From Candidatus Nanohalarchaeota archaeon (GTDB lineage Archaea; Nanohalarchaeota; Nanosalinia; Nanosalinales; JAFCCC01): DNA of 64,000 bases. The notes under the pieces were generated by a model. The model made no database searches and was not told the origin of the DNA. It worked only from the letters and a program-made list of their open reading frames with translations. This document shows positions 40,015 to 49,438 of this stretch, piece after piece (positions within the stretch are counted from its first letter, which is position 1; the number at the start of each line of letters is the position of its first letter). Position numbers and translations under genes: made by a program. The stretch lies in contig JAFCCC010000002.1 in assembly GCA_017610385.1 (NCBI GenBank), positions 32,001 through 96,000 on the forward strand, written 5' to 3'.

Positions 40015-40200
40015 AATAAGTTCTCTTGTGACTGTTTTTTATACCAATATAAGAAAATTGGTGAGTTGGGTTTAAATTTTTGTAGTTTTTTAAGAACGCA
40101 ACAACCAACCGAATTTCGGTCGCACCTCCCGCAGACGCAATATAACCTCTAGAAAAGCGATATCCTTATATTCTTTTGGCTATATACTTACCCTTATCAA

Positions 40201-40725
40201 GTGATTAAAATGGTGCAAGATGGGTATGATACTGAAGAAATTGGATTAAATGAAGAATCAGGAAAAAATTTAAGTTATGCAGTTAGTATTCGTGATTATT
40301 TATTAACTAATGGAACTGCACTTCGACAATTACAGGTGGGAACCGCATTAGCGGTACTTGAGAGTTTCTTAGAAGAAATAGCACCTTATGGGGCTCCAGA
40401 ATTAGGTGAGATTACCTATGAATGTATGAACGGTAAACGTTTACGAGATCAAACCCCACATACAGAAAGATTCAGTGATCCAGAACAAGTTTACAGCTAT
40501 GCAGGAAAAAACAATCATAGATTTAATCGGTTTACTGCCCCAGTTTATTTAAACAAAATCCCTATTTTTGTGGCTGATTTTGATAATCATGGAAAATTAA
40601 CAATAACAGCAAATAATCCAACAGATAATCCTTTATGCGAAGCAGACTTGGATCATATTTGGTCAGAAATATGTTCTGAAGAGGTTTTAGGTAACATTTC
40701 AGCAAGTTTTATGCAAAAAGATTAA
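40201..40725 (+). CDS. Hypothetical protein
   Basis: 174-aa acidic ORF; start may be ATG 40210. Confidence 0.6.
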   Translation: MIKMVQDGYDTEEIGLNEESGKNLSYAVSIRDYLLTNGTALRQLQVGTALAVLESFLEEIAPYGAPELGEITYECMNGKRLRDQTPHTERFSDPEQVYSYAGKNNHRFNRFTAPVYLNKIPIFVADFDNHGKLTITANNPTDNPLCEADLDHIWSEICSEEVLGNISASFMQKD

Positions 40726-40783
40726 AAAGAAAGAAGAAATGGACATTACATAAAAATATAAATTATGTTGCGAAACAACAATT

Positions 40784-41227
40784 ATGTCTGAAACTGTAGG
40801 TATACAACCCGGATTCATACCAAAAATTCCAGTTGAAGCGTATAAAAGAGATAATTGTGTGAATGCTATACGTAGTGTTCTTGACGGAGGACGAGTTACA
40901 GAATATAGATTGGCTCAAATCCGACAGCTGTTAGATACAATAAATAATTCTTTTGAAGTACATGATGCTTATAAAACGTTAAGTATAGATAACACCCCAA
41001 AAGAAGCGATAAAACAATATTTGGTTACGTTAACTTGGTATACTAAACTTTGCAAAAGAGAACCTGTCATTGAATCCACCGTAGAAAAATATGTGGCTGC
41101 TTTAGGGAATCTTCAACAAACTCTCACGGCCCTATTAAAAAAAGAAAAAATTACAACAGAAGCTGCAGAGATACTTGAATCATATATGAAGGAATATGTA
41201 TGTGAACCTTTGAGTTCACCAATATGA
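40784..41227 (+). CDS. Hypothetical helical protein
   Basis: 147-aa ORF. Confidence 0.6.
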   Translation: MSETVGIQPGFIPKIPVEAYKRDNCVNAIRSVLDGGRVTEYRLAQIRQLLDTINNSFEVHDAYKTLSIDNTPKEAIKQYLVTLTWYTKLCKREPVIESTVEKYVAALGNLQQTLTALLKKEKITTEAAEILESYMKEYVCEPLSSPI

Positions 41228-41273
41228 AAATAAATTATTTCTAACGAGAAAAAGGAAAAAAGAAAGAATTGGT

Positions 41274-41477
41274 TTATCTTATTGCCAATTCAATATCCTC
41301 TCTTTTAATAGTTCTTCTTTTTGCATGCCGTGATGCCCTTAGTGCTTCATCAGCTACTGCTTGTGCCATGTCTTCTATAATTTCTCTTACTGCGGCAACA
41401 GCATCTTCAGAAACTCTTTCGGCTCCTGCATTTCTCATTAATCTTTCAAGAGGTGCTAATGGTAAAATTTTCTTCAT
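41274..41477 (-). CDS. Archaeal histone (HMf family)
   Basis: LPLAPLERLMRNAGAERVSEDA..HAKRRTIKREDI; AGGTGA SD. Confidence 0.96.
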   Translation of the reverse strand: MKKILPLAPLERLMRNAGAERVSEDAVAAVREIIEDMAQAVADEALRASRHAKRRTIKREDIELAIR

Positions 41478-41772
41478 TTTAAGTCACCTATTCCTTTTAT
41501 ATTTAATTCGAAGACATGGTTTATATAGTTTATTGTAATATGGTTCCAATTAGACCTTTAAATAAGATATTTCCTTGAATTTGGCGTTTTATTTTGTACT
41601 TTGAAAAGGATAACGGCAGTGGAAGTGACAGCTACCGAAACCTTTATATACTGGACAAAGATAGTATAAAACTACTCTTAGGGACGGATTTAGTCTATCA
41701 TATATTCTCCAGAAGATAAATTTATATAAGGTTAGCTGGAACTATATATGTACTACTTTGGGGGAAATACAA

Positions 41773-42771
41773 ATGGGTCAAGAATTTGAAATCGCAGGTG
41801 AAGAAGAAATCATGGAAGATACCACTCCTCGTTCTGAAGAACCTAAAAAATCAGCATCTAAACTAAAATGTCCTGATTGTGGTTGTACTGAATTTAAAGA
41901 AGATCGAGTTAAAGGTGAAGTAGTTTGTACTCGTTGTGGTTTAGTTTTAGAAGATAATATTATTGATGAAGCACCAGAATGGCGAGCTTTTGATGCAGAA
42001 CAAAGAAATCAAAAAGCAAGAGCTGGAGCTCCATTAACGTATACAAAACATGATATGGGTGTTTCGACTGAAATTGGTATGGGTCTTGGAGAACTTTACA
42101 AAGTTTCTGGAAAGAAAAGGGCCCAATATTATAGATTAAGAAAATGGCACAAGAGACTTACTAAATCCAAAGATAGGAATTTGGGTTTTGCTTTGTCTGA
42201 ATTAAATAGATTAATTTCTCATATGAGCTTACCAAAAACAGTTCACGAAGAAGTAGCTCGTTTGTATGAAAAAGCAGTTGATAAAGGATTAGTTAGAGGA
42301 AGATCAATGGAAAGTGTTATCACGGCTTTAATATATATTGTAGCAAGAAAACAAGGTACTCCAAGAACTTTAGACGAAATTAGTGAAGCATCTGACATTG
42401 AAAAAAGAGAAATAGGAAGAGCTTATAGATATGTTGCAAGAGAACTTGGATTAAGAATTTTACCTGCTAAGGCTCAAGACTATCTACCTAGATTTTCAGC
42501 TAAACTTCAACTTTCAGGAGAGGTTCAAGCAAGAGCCAGAAAAATCATCCAAGCTGCGAAACTAAAGGATCTTTTATCGGGTAAAGGACCAACTGGTGTT
42601 GCCGCGGCCGCTTTGTATATTGCAGCAGTACTAGAAGGAGAAAAGAGAACTCAAAGAGAAGTTGCAGACATTGTTGGCGTGACTGAAGTTACAATTAGAA
42701 ATAGATACAAAGAATTAGTCGATAAGTTGGGTTTAGAGGAAGAAGTCGAAAAGCGAAACGAGGAAGCTTAA
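41773..42771 (+). CDS. tfb: Transcription initiation factor IIB
   Basis: Zn ribbon CPDCG..CTRCG, PEWRAF, two cyclin repeats, VTEVTIRNRYKEL. Start re-called at ATG 41773. Confidence 0.97.
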   Translation: MGQEFEIAGEEEIMEDTTPRSEEPKKSASKLKCPDCGCTEFKEDRVKGEVVCTRCGLVLEDNIIDEAPEWRAFDAEQRNQKARAGAPLTYTKHDMGVSTEIGMGLGELYKVSGKKRAQYYRLRKWHKRLTKSKDRNLGFALSELNRLISHMSLPKTVHEEVARLYEKAVDKGLVRGRSMESVITALIYIVARKQGTPRTLDEISEASDIEKREIGRAYRYVARELGLRILPAKAQDYLPRFSAKLQLSGEVQARARKIIQAAKLKDLLSGKGPTGVAAAALYIAAVLEGEKRTQREVADIVGVTEVTIRNRYKELVDKLGLEEEVEKRNEEA

Positions 42772-42772
42772 A
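42749..42772 (+). repeat. Direct repeat, left copy (tfb 3' end)
   Basis: AAAAGCGAAACGAGGAAGCTTAAA; 22/24 identical to 43748-43771. Confidence 0.9.
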
Positions 42773-43184
42773 TCTCAGTTAAATATTTTTCTTTTAGGTT
42801 TTTTCTCATTGCAAAAATTTTGAGTAAAAGCAATTTACCTTGTTCAAGATCTAGTTTTGTTCCATAATAGTTTATGCCATTTCGAATATATCTAAATTTG
42901 TCAAAATCTTTGAAATTAAAATTTTCTAAAATAGCATTTAGTAATTCACCAACACACACATGAGATAAAACCTTATAGCCATTTAAAACGCATAACGCAT
43001 CTAAAATCTCTCTCAAAGAATCGTACGCCAATGAAACATACGCTGAAACAGAAATCTCAGTTATTTTTGCCAACTTGATCGTTTGTTCTTTTGAATTCGA
43101 CATTTCAGTCAGAGATTTTACAAGTTCTAGATTTACTCTAGTTTTTTTTATTACACCTTTCCGAAAACACTCGTCTAAATCCAT
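42768..43184 (-). CDS. HEPN domain protein
   Basis: AYDSLRE..GYKVLSH..RYIRNGINYYG; coupled to the MNT gene. Confidence 0.85.
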   Translation of the reverse strand: MDLDECFRKGVIKKTRVNLELVKSLTEMSNSKEQTIKLAKITEISVSAYVSLAYDSLREILDALCVLNGYKVLSHVCVGELLNAILENFNFKDFDKFRYIRNGINYYGTKLDLEQGKLLLLKIFAMRKNLKEKYLTEI

Positions 43185-43699
43185 TTTATCGCTCCTTGCA
43201 AAACTAGCCCATTAAGAATGTTATTTATCAGATGTTTGTTTTTTATTTCTTTTAAATCGGTCACTGCAAAAATTTGAAGTTTTCGTCCCAATAATTGCTC
43301 AAATTTTTTCAGTTTTGGAAATTCTTTTGTGGTTTCTGAAATAATCACAAAATCAAAATCACTTGTTTCTGTATCTAAACCGTCTGCAGTAGAACCAAAT
43401 AATATAATCGTAGGTTTTAAATATGTTTTATTTAATTCTGCAATCAGTCCACACGTTTTTATCTTTCTTATACTATAATATACTTTTAAATCTCGATAGG
43501 AATCACTTTCAATATTCGCCTTGTAAAGTTTGAGAGTTCTTTCTTGTCTTGTTTGTAAAATGTGAAGTTCATTTAATTTTTTCAAATTTTTACTGGCGGT
43601 AGCAGGCGCTATTTTTGAAATCCTGGCAACCTCTCTTACATTAAATTCGCAATTTGGTTCTTCAAAAAATAATCTTAATATGTTTAATATTTTGAACAT
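43175..43699 (-). CDS. HTH-fused minimal nucleotidyltransferase (MNT antitoxin)
   Basis: FNVREVARISKIAPATASK; LFGSTADG....SDFDFVI. Confidence 0.88.
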   Translation of the reverse strand: MFKILNILRLFFEEPNCEFNVREVARISKIAPATASKNLKKLNELHILQTRQERTLKLYKANIESDSYRDLKVYYSIRKIKTCGLIAELNKTYLKPTIILFGSTADGLDTETSDFDFVIISETTKEFPKLKKFEQLLGRKLQIFAVTDLKEIKNKHLINNILNGLVLQGAIKWI

Positions 43700-43718
43700 A
43701 TGTTCATTTTTATAAACA
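43681..43718. promoter_or_regulatory. Tandem inverted-repeat operator over the MNT start
   Basis: TGTTTA-N6-TGAACA (43681-43698) and TGTTCA-N6-TAAACA (43701-43718); central perfect palindrome TGAACATATGTTCA. Confidence 0.6.
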
Positions 43719-43747
43719 CTTATTTAAATAGATTTGTCTTTTGATTA

Positions 43748-43771
43748 AAAAGAGAAATGAGGAAGCTTAAA
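43748..43771 (+). repeat. Direct repeat, right copy
   Basis: AAAAGAGAAATGAGGAAGCTTAAA; still encodes KRNEEA*. Confidence 0.9.
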
Positions 43772-43800
43772 ATTCTTCAATTTAATTTACATATTTGAGT

Positions 43801-44028
43801 ATGGACTTTAAAAAAATTCGGAGAATTTTAGATAGAGTAGATTCTATTGTAGAGCCACGTGAAACTTTGATTTATGGCGCGATTAATGTATTTAGTGGTG
43901 GTGTTGTATTTTATGGCCTTTCTTTTGGTTCACCAGAGGAATCTCAAGCTTTGATTAATCTCGTAATACTAATTGGCGCTGCAAGTTACGGTGCAAGCTA
44001 TGGTAAACTAATCTCTAAAAAATACTAA
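43801..44028 (+). CDS. Small membrane protein
   Basis: Two hydrophobic segments; ATG at 43801. Confidence 0.55.
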   Translation: MDFKKIRRILDRVDSIVEPRETLIYGAINVFSGGVVFYGLSFGSPEESQALINLVILIGAASYGASYGKLISKKY

Positions 44029-44059
44029 TTTTAAATAGAATCTGCTTCTTACAGTTCTT

Positions 44060-44572
44060 ATGCCACAATTTATTCGTTACCCGCAAAAAAGACCTAAGAA
44101 AAAGAAAACATGGGTACAAAAAATGAATTCATACAAAGATTTGCCTAAAATTCAAGAGATGAGTGGAAAATTAAAAGAGATTCATGGTTCAGGAAGAATT
44201 TTGCTTCCTGCCCCGTCAGATATTTATGAAATAATGAAAAGTATTCCAGAAGGAACTATAATTACAATTGATCAAATTGGTGAAATCTTGAAAGAACATT
44301 ATAAAGTGGATGTTGTGGATTTAGTTCGTTTAGGTTTATTTGCTAAAATATGTGCTCATGCGTCCCAAGAAAAGCGAAAATTAGATCATAGTGTATTTTT
44401 TCCATTTTGGAGAACCCTGAAAAGAGATGGAAGTTTAAATCCAAATTATCCCGGCGGAATAGCTATTCAGAAAAGACTATTAGAAAGAGAAGGTCATTTA
44501 GTGGTTAAAAGAGCCACTAAATTTATTGTTAAAGACTATCAAAAAACAATGTTTGAATCTGGAGAACACTAA
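44060..44572 (+). CDS. MGMT DNA-binding-domain (alkyltransferase-like) protein
   Basis: IPEG..IT..I and PFWRTLK.DG.LN..YPGG..QK.LLE.EG; no active-site Cys. Confidence 0.8.
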   Translation: MPQFIRYPQKRPKKKKTWVQKMNSYKDLPKIQEMSGKLKEIHGSGRILLPAPSDIYEIMKSIPEGTIITIDQIGEILKEHYKVDVVDLVRLGLFAKICAHASQEKRKLDHSVFFPFWRTLKRDGSLNPNYPGGIAIQKRLLEREGHLVVKRATKFIVKDYQKTMFESGEH

Positions 44573-44606
44573 TGATTTGTCTTAGACTTTCTTTTTAGTT
44601 AATTCA

Positions 44607-44897
44607 TTAAAGTGCGTCTTTGACTGTGCCTGTTTTTTCTTTAAAGTTAATTCCATAAGAACTCATTGCACTTTCCATATTTGGACCAAATGCGCCTGCA
44701 ATAACTAACTCTACTTTTTTGTCCTTAAGTACTTTAGCTACTCCAAAACCTGCACCGCCACCCCCCATTCGAAACGGATTTTTTATTGTTTCTACTAAGG
44801 TTCCATTCTCGAAAATTAAGTAGAATGGAGATCTACCTGCCTGTTGACTTATTTCAGAGTCCTCTTGATCGGATAATGCTGCTATAGCTATTTTCAT
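44607..44897 (-). CDS. NifB/NifX (FeMo-co biosynthesis domain) family protein
   Basis: MKIAIA..GRSPFYLIF..NP..GGGAG..VIAGAFGP. Confidence 0.88.
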   Translation of the reverse strand: MKIAIAALSDQEDSEISQQAGRSPFYLIFENGTLVETIKNPFRMGGGGAGFGVAKVLKDKKVELVIAGAFGPNMESAMSSYGINFKEKTGTVKDAL

Positions 44898-45418
44898 TTT
44901 TTCACCCCCACAAACTTTTCTAAAAGATATCCATTAATTATTGAAAAGATAATTGTATATATTGCTAAAATGAATGTAAATGTCCAACCAAAATAAAGAA
45001 CCAACACAGGTAGTAAGGGAATTTTAATTGAGCGATTATACAAAAATGTGGATATTAATGCTAAACGCATTCCTTTTTCTTTAAGTTCACTTAGTAGTGG
45101 ATACCATAGGTAAATTGGACCAGTAGATAATATCCCACCAATAATTGCTATAACCCAGCCTTTGATTTTTGATTTTTGCCCGAGAAAATTCTTAATTTGC
45201 TTTGGTTTTATGAATAAACTAGTTAGGAAAAGTAAAACAATAACTCCTGCGAACGTTGGAAGTATTTTTAAAAATAACCCGCCCGAATAGATAAAAGCGC
45301 GATAAACCAAGTTGGGAGATAAAATAAAAAGGACTAAATAAAGCAAAGAGATTCCAAATACAAAAAGCATTGTACCGGTTATTCTTTCTTTTAATTTCCT
45401 TAATTTATTTAATTTCAT
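44894..45418 (-). CDS. Permease half (DUF318/ArsP-like)
   Basis: GGILSTGPIYLWYPLL..L.EKGM; multi-TM. Confidence 0.8.
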   Translation of the reverse strand: MKLNKLRKLKERITGTMLFVFGISLLYLVLFILSPNLVYRAFIYSGGLFLKILPTFAGVIVLLFLTSLFIKPKQIKNFLGQKSKIKGWVIAIIGGILSTGPIYLWYPLLSELKEKGMRLALISTFLYNRSIKIPLLPVLVLYFGWTFTFILAIYTIIFSIINGYLLEKFVGVKK

Positions 45419-45843
45419 AGTAACCCCAACGTAAAACTCATTAATATTGCAATTACAATAGCTGCAACAAAACTAATTAAATTTCTAAATATCGCAAATT
45501 TCCGTCCTAACATTAAACTTTCAGCAGGGAATTGAACAAACCCAACAGTCACCCATGCAAGAATAAAAGCAAGTACTGCAAGCAAACTGATTCCATTGTT
45601 CAATAACTCACCACCAACAATGTAAGAAGTAATTGGATTGCCTGCGGCTACACTACCTATTGACGCACCAATTATAGGATCTAGAATTATGTTTTTGGTA
45701 AAAATTTTGGAATAAAATTCTTTTGGAACTGCCACAAAAACTATAGAAACTAATAGAACCATTGCAATTAAAATTGGAATTGTTTTTTTTAGGTTATTCC
45801 AAGTTTTTATACCAGCATCTTTAAAATCTAAAGTCATAATCAT
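45415..45843 (-). CDS. Permease half (DUF318/ArsP-like)
   Basis: GNPITSYIVGGELL..G..AWVTVG..PAE..LG.KFA..RN. Confidence 0.8.
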   Translation of the reverse strand: MIMTLDFKDAGIKTWNNLKKTIPILIAMVLLVSIVFVAVPKEFYSKIFTKNIILDPIIGASIGSVAAGNPITSYIVGGELLNNGISLLAVLAFILAWVTVGFVQFPAESLMLGRKFAIFRNLISFVAAIVIAILMSFTLGLL

Positions 45844-45922
45844 AATGAATACTTATTCATATTTAAAGCTATTGGAACCTGAATCGAATGCAATCTCGCA
45901 ATTCAATACTTACACCTAAAAC

Positions 45923-47026
45923 TTAGAATTGCTTTAAAATAAAGTCTATTGGCGCATTGGTTTTAAAGGCCGTTGGACTGAAATGCGTTTTTGATGTTTC
46001 ATATCCTTGTTTTTGAAGTTTGGATATCAAACCTTCTAATTTTGGGCAATCCTTATTTGAAATTCTAGCTAGCTCGTGGGATTCATAGAAAGGTACTTTG
46101 ATTTCGCTCTCTTCTTCAATCATTTTTGTGAATTTAGCAGCTTTTTCATAACCTCTTTTTTCAAGATCAGATGCAACTTTTGAAACAAATCTTTGATCGC
46201 TTGTCTGGTCTATCCAAAGTGGTCCAGCATAACTTAGTTTTTCTCTGCAATTTGGGCATTTAATAATCTTTTCAACTCCGAGCGCTCGGAAATTACATTT
46301 ACTACAATGAGAAAGATAACCAAATTTTTTTATCGAACGATTTGCGTGTTTAGCGGATTCTTTTACTTTTCCAAATAATCTGTAATAGTGCCGTTCATAA
46401 AAACCTAACAAAGGTTCAAAAGCCAAATCATGTTTTGAAAGGGTTTCAATCACAGCTTTAATAAAAATTCTTACACCAATTTCGTGACAATATTCTGTTT
46501 TTAGGGGTTTTGAATGATATCTCCTTTTACAGGTTTCTTTGTAAGCTCCAGCTAAAACAGCCAAATCCGTTGCAGTTAAACCAATAAATCCGCCGTTTTT
46601 GATTGAACGTGCGGCCATATCTAAGTAATAAATAGGGGAACCAAAGGGGTCTATATCAACAAAATTAAATGTTTTGTAATTTTCAACTAAAATCAGATTT
46701 GCATCTTTATTAAAAACGTCAATTTTTTTAGATTTATTCAATTTCAGATTTTTTTTAATATTTTTAACTGCTTGGGGATTCAGATCAGAAACAATTAGTT
46801 TTTCTATTCCATTTACTTCTTTTTCATATCTTAAACTTCTAATTCCACTTCCAGCCAATGGTTCACAAATTACAAAATCTTTTTCAGATTGTTCTTGTGC
46901 GACTTGCAAACAAGACACAGAAATATCGCGATTCATTTGCATTTTAGAATTGTAAAAAACTTCTGAACTTTTATTTGGATTCTTTTCCACTTTTAAGTTT
47001 AATTTAATTCCTCTTTCTTCTAGCAT
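45923..47026 (-). CDS. trm1: tRNA (guanine-26-N2)-dimethyltransferase Trm1
   Basis: VFYN..M..NRD, AGSGIRSLRY, DIDPFGSP, TATD, GPLW, THFSP..FKT. Start re-called at MLEE. Confidence 0.95.
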   Translation of the reverse strand: MLEERGIKLNLKVEKNPNKSSEVFYNSKMQMNRDISVSCLQVAQEQSEKDFVICEPLAGSGIRSLRYEKEVNGIEKLIVSDLNPQAVKNIKKNLKLNKSKKIDVFNKDANLILVENYKTFNFVDIDPFGSPIYYLDMAARSIKNGGFIGLTATDLAVLAGAYKETCKRRYHSKPLKTEYCHEIGVRIFIKAVIETLSKHDLAFEPLLGFYERHYYRLFGKVKESAKHANRSIKKFGYLSHCSKCNFRALGVEKIIKCPNCREKLSYAGPLWIDQTSDQRFVSKVASDLEKRGYEKAAKFTKMIEEESEIKVPFYESHELARISNKDCPKLEGLISKLQKQGYETSKTHFSPTAFKTNAPIDFILKQF

Positions 47027-47096
47027 TTTAATTAATAAGAAACAGAAAGAATTTAAAATAGAAACGTATATAAATCGTGATACAAAGTGTAACTTC

Positions 47097-47306
47097 ATGG
47101 AAACAAAAGTTTTGCATGTTAAGGTTCCTGAAGATCAACTGGAATTTTTAGAGGATATTGTAGAAGAAAACCAATACGTGTCCAAATCAGAAATGATTAG
47201 AGAAATGATTCGTAAATTCATTAATGAATATGTAAGTCAAGAGTATAAACGATTCGAAAATGAAAAAAAGGACTTTATTTCTTGGAAAGAATATAAGGGA
47301 AATTAA
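47097..47306 (+). CDS. Ribbon-helix-helix antitoxin
   Basis: VLHVKVP..LE.IV....Y.SKSE.IRE.IR; GATACA-N3-TGTAAC operator upstream. Confidence 0.8.
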   Translation: METKVLHVKVPEDQLEFLEDIVEENQYVSKSEMIREMIRKFINEYVSQEYKRFENEKKDFISWKEYKGN

Positions 47307-47308
47307 AT

Positions 47309-47575
47309 ATGATATTTGAAATTCAAATTCATCCTCGAGTTATAAAATATCTTGATCGACTTTCAAAAATTGAGAAAAATCAATGTGATAAAAATATAGA
47401 AAAACTTTCAGAGGATCCATTTCATACTCATTCTAGTCGCGACATTAAAAAATTACATGGGGACAAAAAAGATCTTTATCGATTAAGAGTGGGAAATAAT
47501 AGAATAGAGTATTTTATAGAAAATAATTCGGTTTGGTTAACAAAAACATTTAAAAGAGAAAGAGGATATAAATAG
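47309..47575 (+). CDS. RelE/ParE family toxin
   Basis: IKKLHG....YRLRVGNNRI.Y..I. Confidence 0.88.
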   Translation: MIFEIQIHPRVIKYLDRLSKIEKNQCDKNIEKLSEDPFHTHSSRDIKKLHGDKKDLYRLRVGNNRIEYFIENNSVWLTKTFKRERGYK

Positions 47576-48145
47576 CTAATTTTGTACAGATTTTACATCC
47601 CAAACATCAGGGAGATTTCTAAAGTTTTCAGCTACGTCTATTCCATAACCAACTAAAAATCGATCTTCCGCTATTCTTTCTCCAACAAAATCTAAAGGAA
47701 TGGTCTCTTTTCGTCCAGCAGATTTATCTATTAAACAACAAGTCCGAATAGACGCGGGATTTTTACTCTTAACTAAATCTAAAACTTTGTGAAATGTTGA
47801 ACCGCTGTCTACGACCGTGTCTGTGATTAAAACATGCTTCCCAGTTATATCTAATTTTAAATCTCCTAACTTAACGTCTCCGGCAGTAGTACCGTTTACA
47901 CCATAACTAGATGCAGAGATTGTTCCATACTTAATTGAAATCTTTTGCCCCTCTGGAGAAATTGCTCGTACTAAATCTGCGCTGAAAAAAACACACCCTT
48001 CTGGAATTCCAATAACATATAATGACTCATTGGATCCATTCAAAACACTAGAATAATAATTGCGTATTTTTTCACCTAACTCTTTGACGAGTTCAGAAAT
48101 CTTATTTCTTCCCAGCACCTTTTCGTTTAAAATATATCTTGGCAC
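47576..48145 (-). CDS. hpt: Hypoxanthine-guanine phosphoribosyltransferase
   Basis: F.ADL.R, SSYG, VLITDTVVDSGST PRPP loop, FLVGYGID..FRNLP. Confidence 0.88.
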   Translation of the reverse strand: MPRYILNEKVLGRNKISELVKELGEKIRNYYSSVLNGSNESLYVIGIPEGCVFFSADLVRAISPEGQKISIKYGTISASSYGVNGTTAGDVKLGDLKLDITGKHVLITDTVVDSGSTFHKVLDLVKSKNPASIRTCCLIDKSAGRKETIPLDFVGERIAEDRFLVGYGIDVAENFRNLPDVWDVKSVQN

Positions 48146-48211
48146 TCAACGAAGTTTAGTTAAACTGATATTAATAAGTATGTATCATAGAAATCTTATC
48201 TAATTTTTCTT

Positions 48212-49387
48212 TTATTTCAACTTTCTGACAGCGGCCTCAATTTGATCCATGGCCTGTTCAATTTTAGAATATTCTGTAGCATAACTAAATCGTAAAAATC
48301 CTTCACCATATACTCCGAATTCTGATCCTGGAACTGCGGCTACTTTTGCATTTTTAAGTAACCATTCAGAAAAATCTAAGGATTTCATTTTAAAATCAAA
48401 TTTAGGAAATAAATAAAAGGCCCCGAATGGTTCATGTGCATAGAATCCGGAAATTTCATTGGTTCTTTTATAAATTAGTTTTCTTCGTTTATTATAGGAA
48501 TCTCTCATGCGTTTAATTTCCTTTTTAGCTTGTTTCCAGTTTTTTAAAGCGTCTCTAACAGCGGTTTGAGATGTTGTGGGTGCTGAGAGAGTAGTAAATA
48601 TATGTAATTTATTCATCGCCTTGATTATTTGAGATGGACCAGCAGCATAACCTATCCTAAATCCCGCCATTGCCAAAGTTTTTGAAAAAGTTTGTAGTGT
48701 TAGGGTGTAGTCTTTCATCCCGTTTAAAGAGGCAAAGGAAATGTGCTTTCTTCGTTCGTAAGTTAGGTATTCATAAGCTTCATCTGAAATAACAATAATA
48801 TTATTTTCAACCACGACGTCTGCGAGTTCTTCTAATGCTTTCTTATTCATTACTGTTCCAGTTGGATTTCCAGGGGTATTTAAAATTAAAGCTTTAACTT
48901 TTTTAGGATCTTTTATGGCGTTTTGAAGAGACTCTTTTGTTAAATTAAACTCATTTTCTTGAGTTAACGGAACTGAAACCGGGTATCCATTTAACATTTG
49001 AACCATTGGTCTATACGCCAAAAAACTTGGATCTGGAACTAATACCTCCTCTCCAGGATCAATTAACGCTAACAAAGCAAGAACAAGTGCTTCATTACTT
49101 CCACACGTTACTGAAATGTCATTAGAATTATATGTAATTTTGTTTTCTCTCTTTAATTTTTTTACAATCTCACGCTTTAAATCAGAACGTCCAGAAACAG
49201 GAGAATAATGTGTTTCTTTTTTATCTAGAGATTTTTTAGCGGCTTCTCGCACAAAATCTGGAGAGTAAAAGTCCGGTTCACCAGGACCTAAGGAAATAAT
49301 ATCTTTTCGTTCCTCTGCGATTTTTAATAATTCGCCTATTTTGAATTTTGGTAGTTGAATTATTCTTTTAGATAAATTGTATTTCAT
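48212..49387 (-). CDS. Class I/II PLP aminotransferase (aspartate aminotransferase-like)
   Basis: GEPDF, NTPGNPTG, SDEAY, FSKTLAMAGFRIGY, LRFSYA. Confidence 0.93.
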   Translation of the reverse strand: MKYNLSKRIIQLPKFKIGELLKIAEERKDIISLGPGEPDFYSPDFVREAAKKSLDKKETHYSPVSGRSDLKREIVKKLKRENKITYNSNDISVTCGSNEALVLALLALIDPGEEVLVPDPSFLAYRPMVQMLNGYPVSVPLTQENEFNLTKESLQNAIKDPKKVKALILNTPGNPTGTVMNKKALEELADVVVENNIIVISDEAYEYLTYERRKHISFASLNGMKDYTLTLQTFSKTLAMAGFRIGYAAGPSQIIKAMNKLHIFTTLSAPTTSQTAVRDALKNWKQAKKEIKRMRDSYNKRRKLIYKRTNEISGFYAHEPFGAFYLFPKFDFKMKSLDFSEWLLKNAKVAAVPGSEFGVYGEGFLRFSYATEYSKIEQAMDQIEAAVRKLK

Positions 49388-49438
49388 TACGCAATATTAT
49401 TGAATTTTTCAGTTTAAAAAGAATGTGCTTATAAACAA

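Noticed and set aside
44607-44897. Nitrogen fixation
   Set aside because: A stand-alone NifX-like domain is widespread, and there are no nif genes in the window.
47030-47610. Flanking gene-end duplication for the RHH-RelE cassette
   Set aside because: Looked for and not found, so the pattern does not extend to every TA module here.
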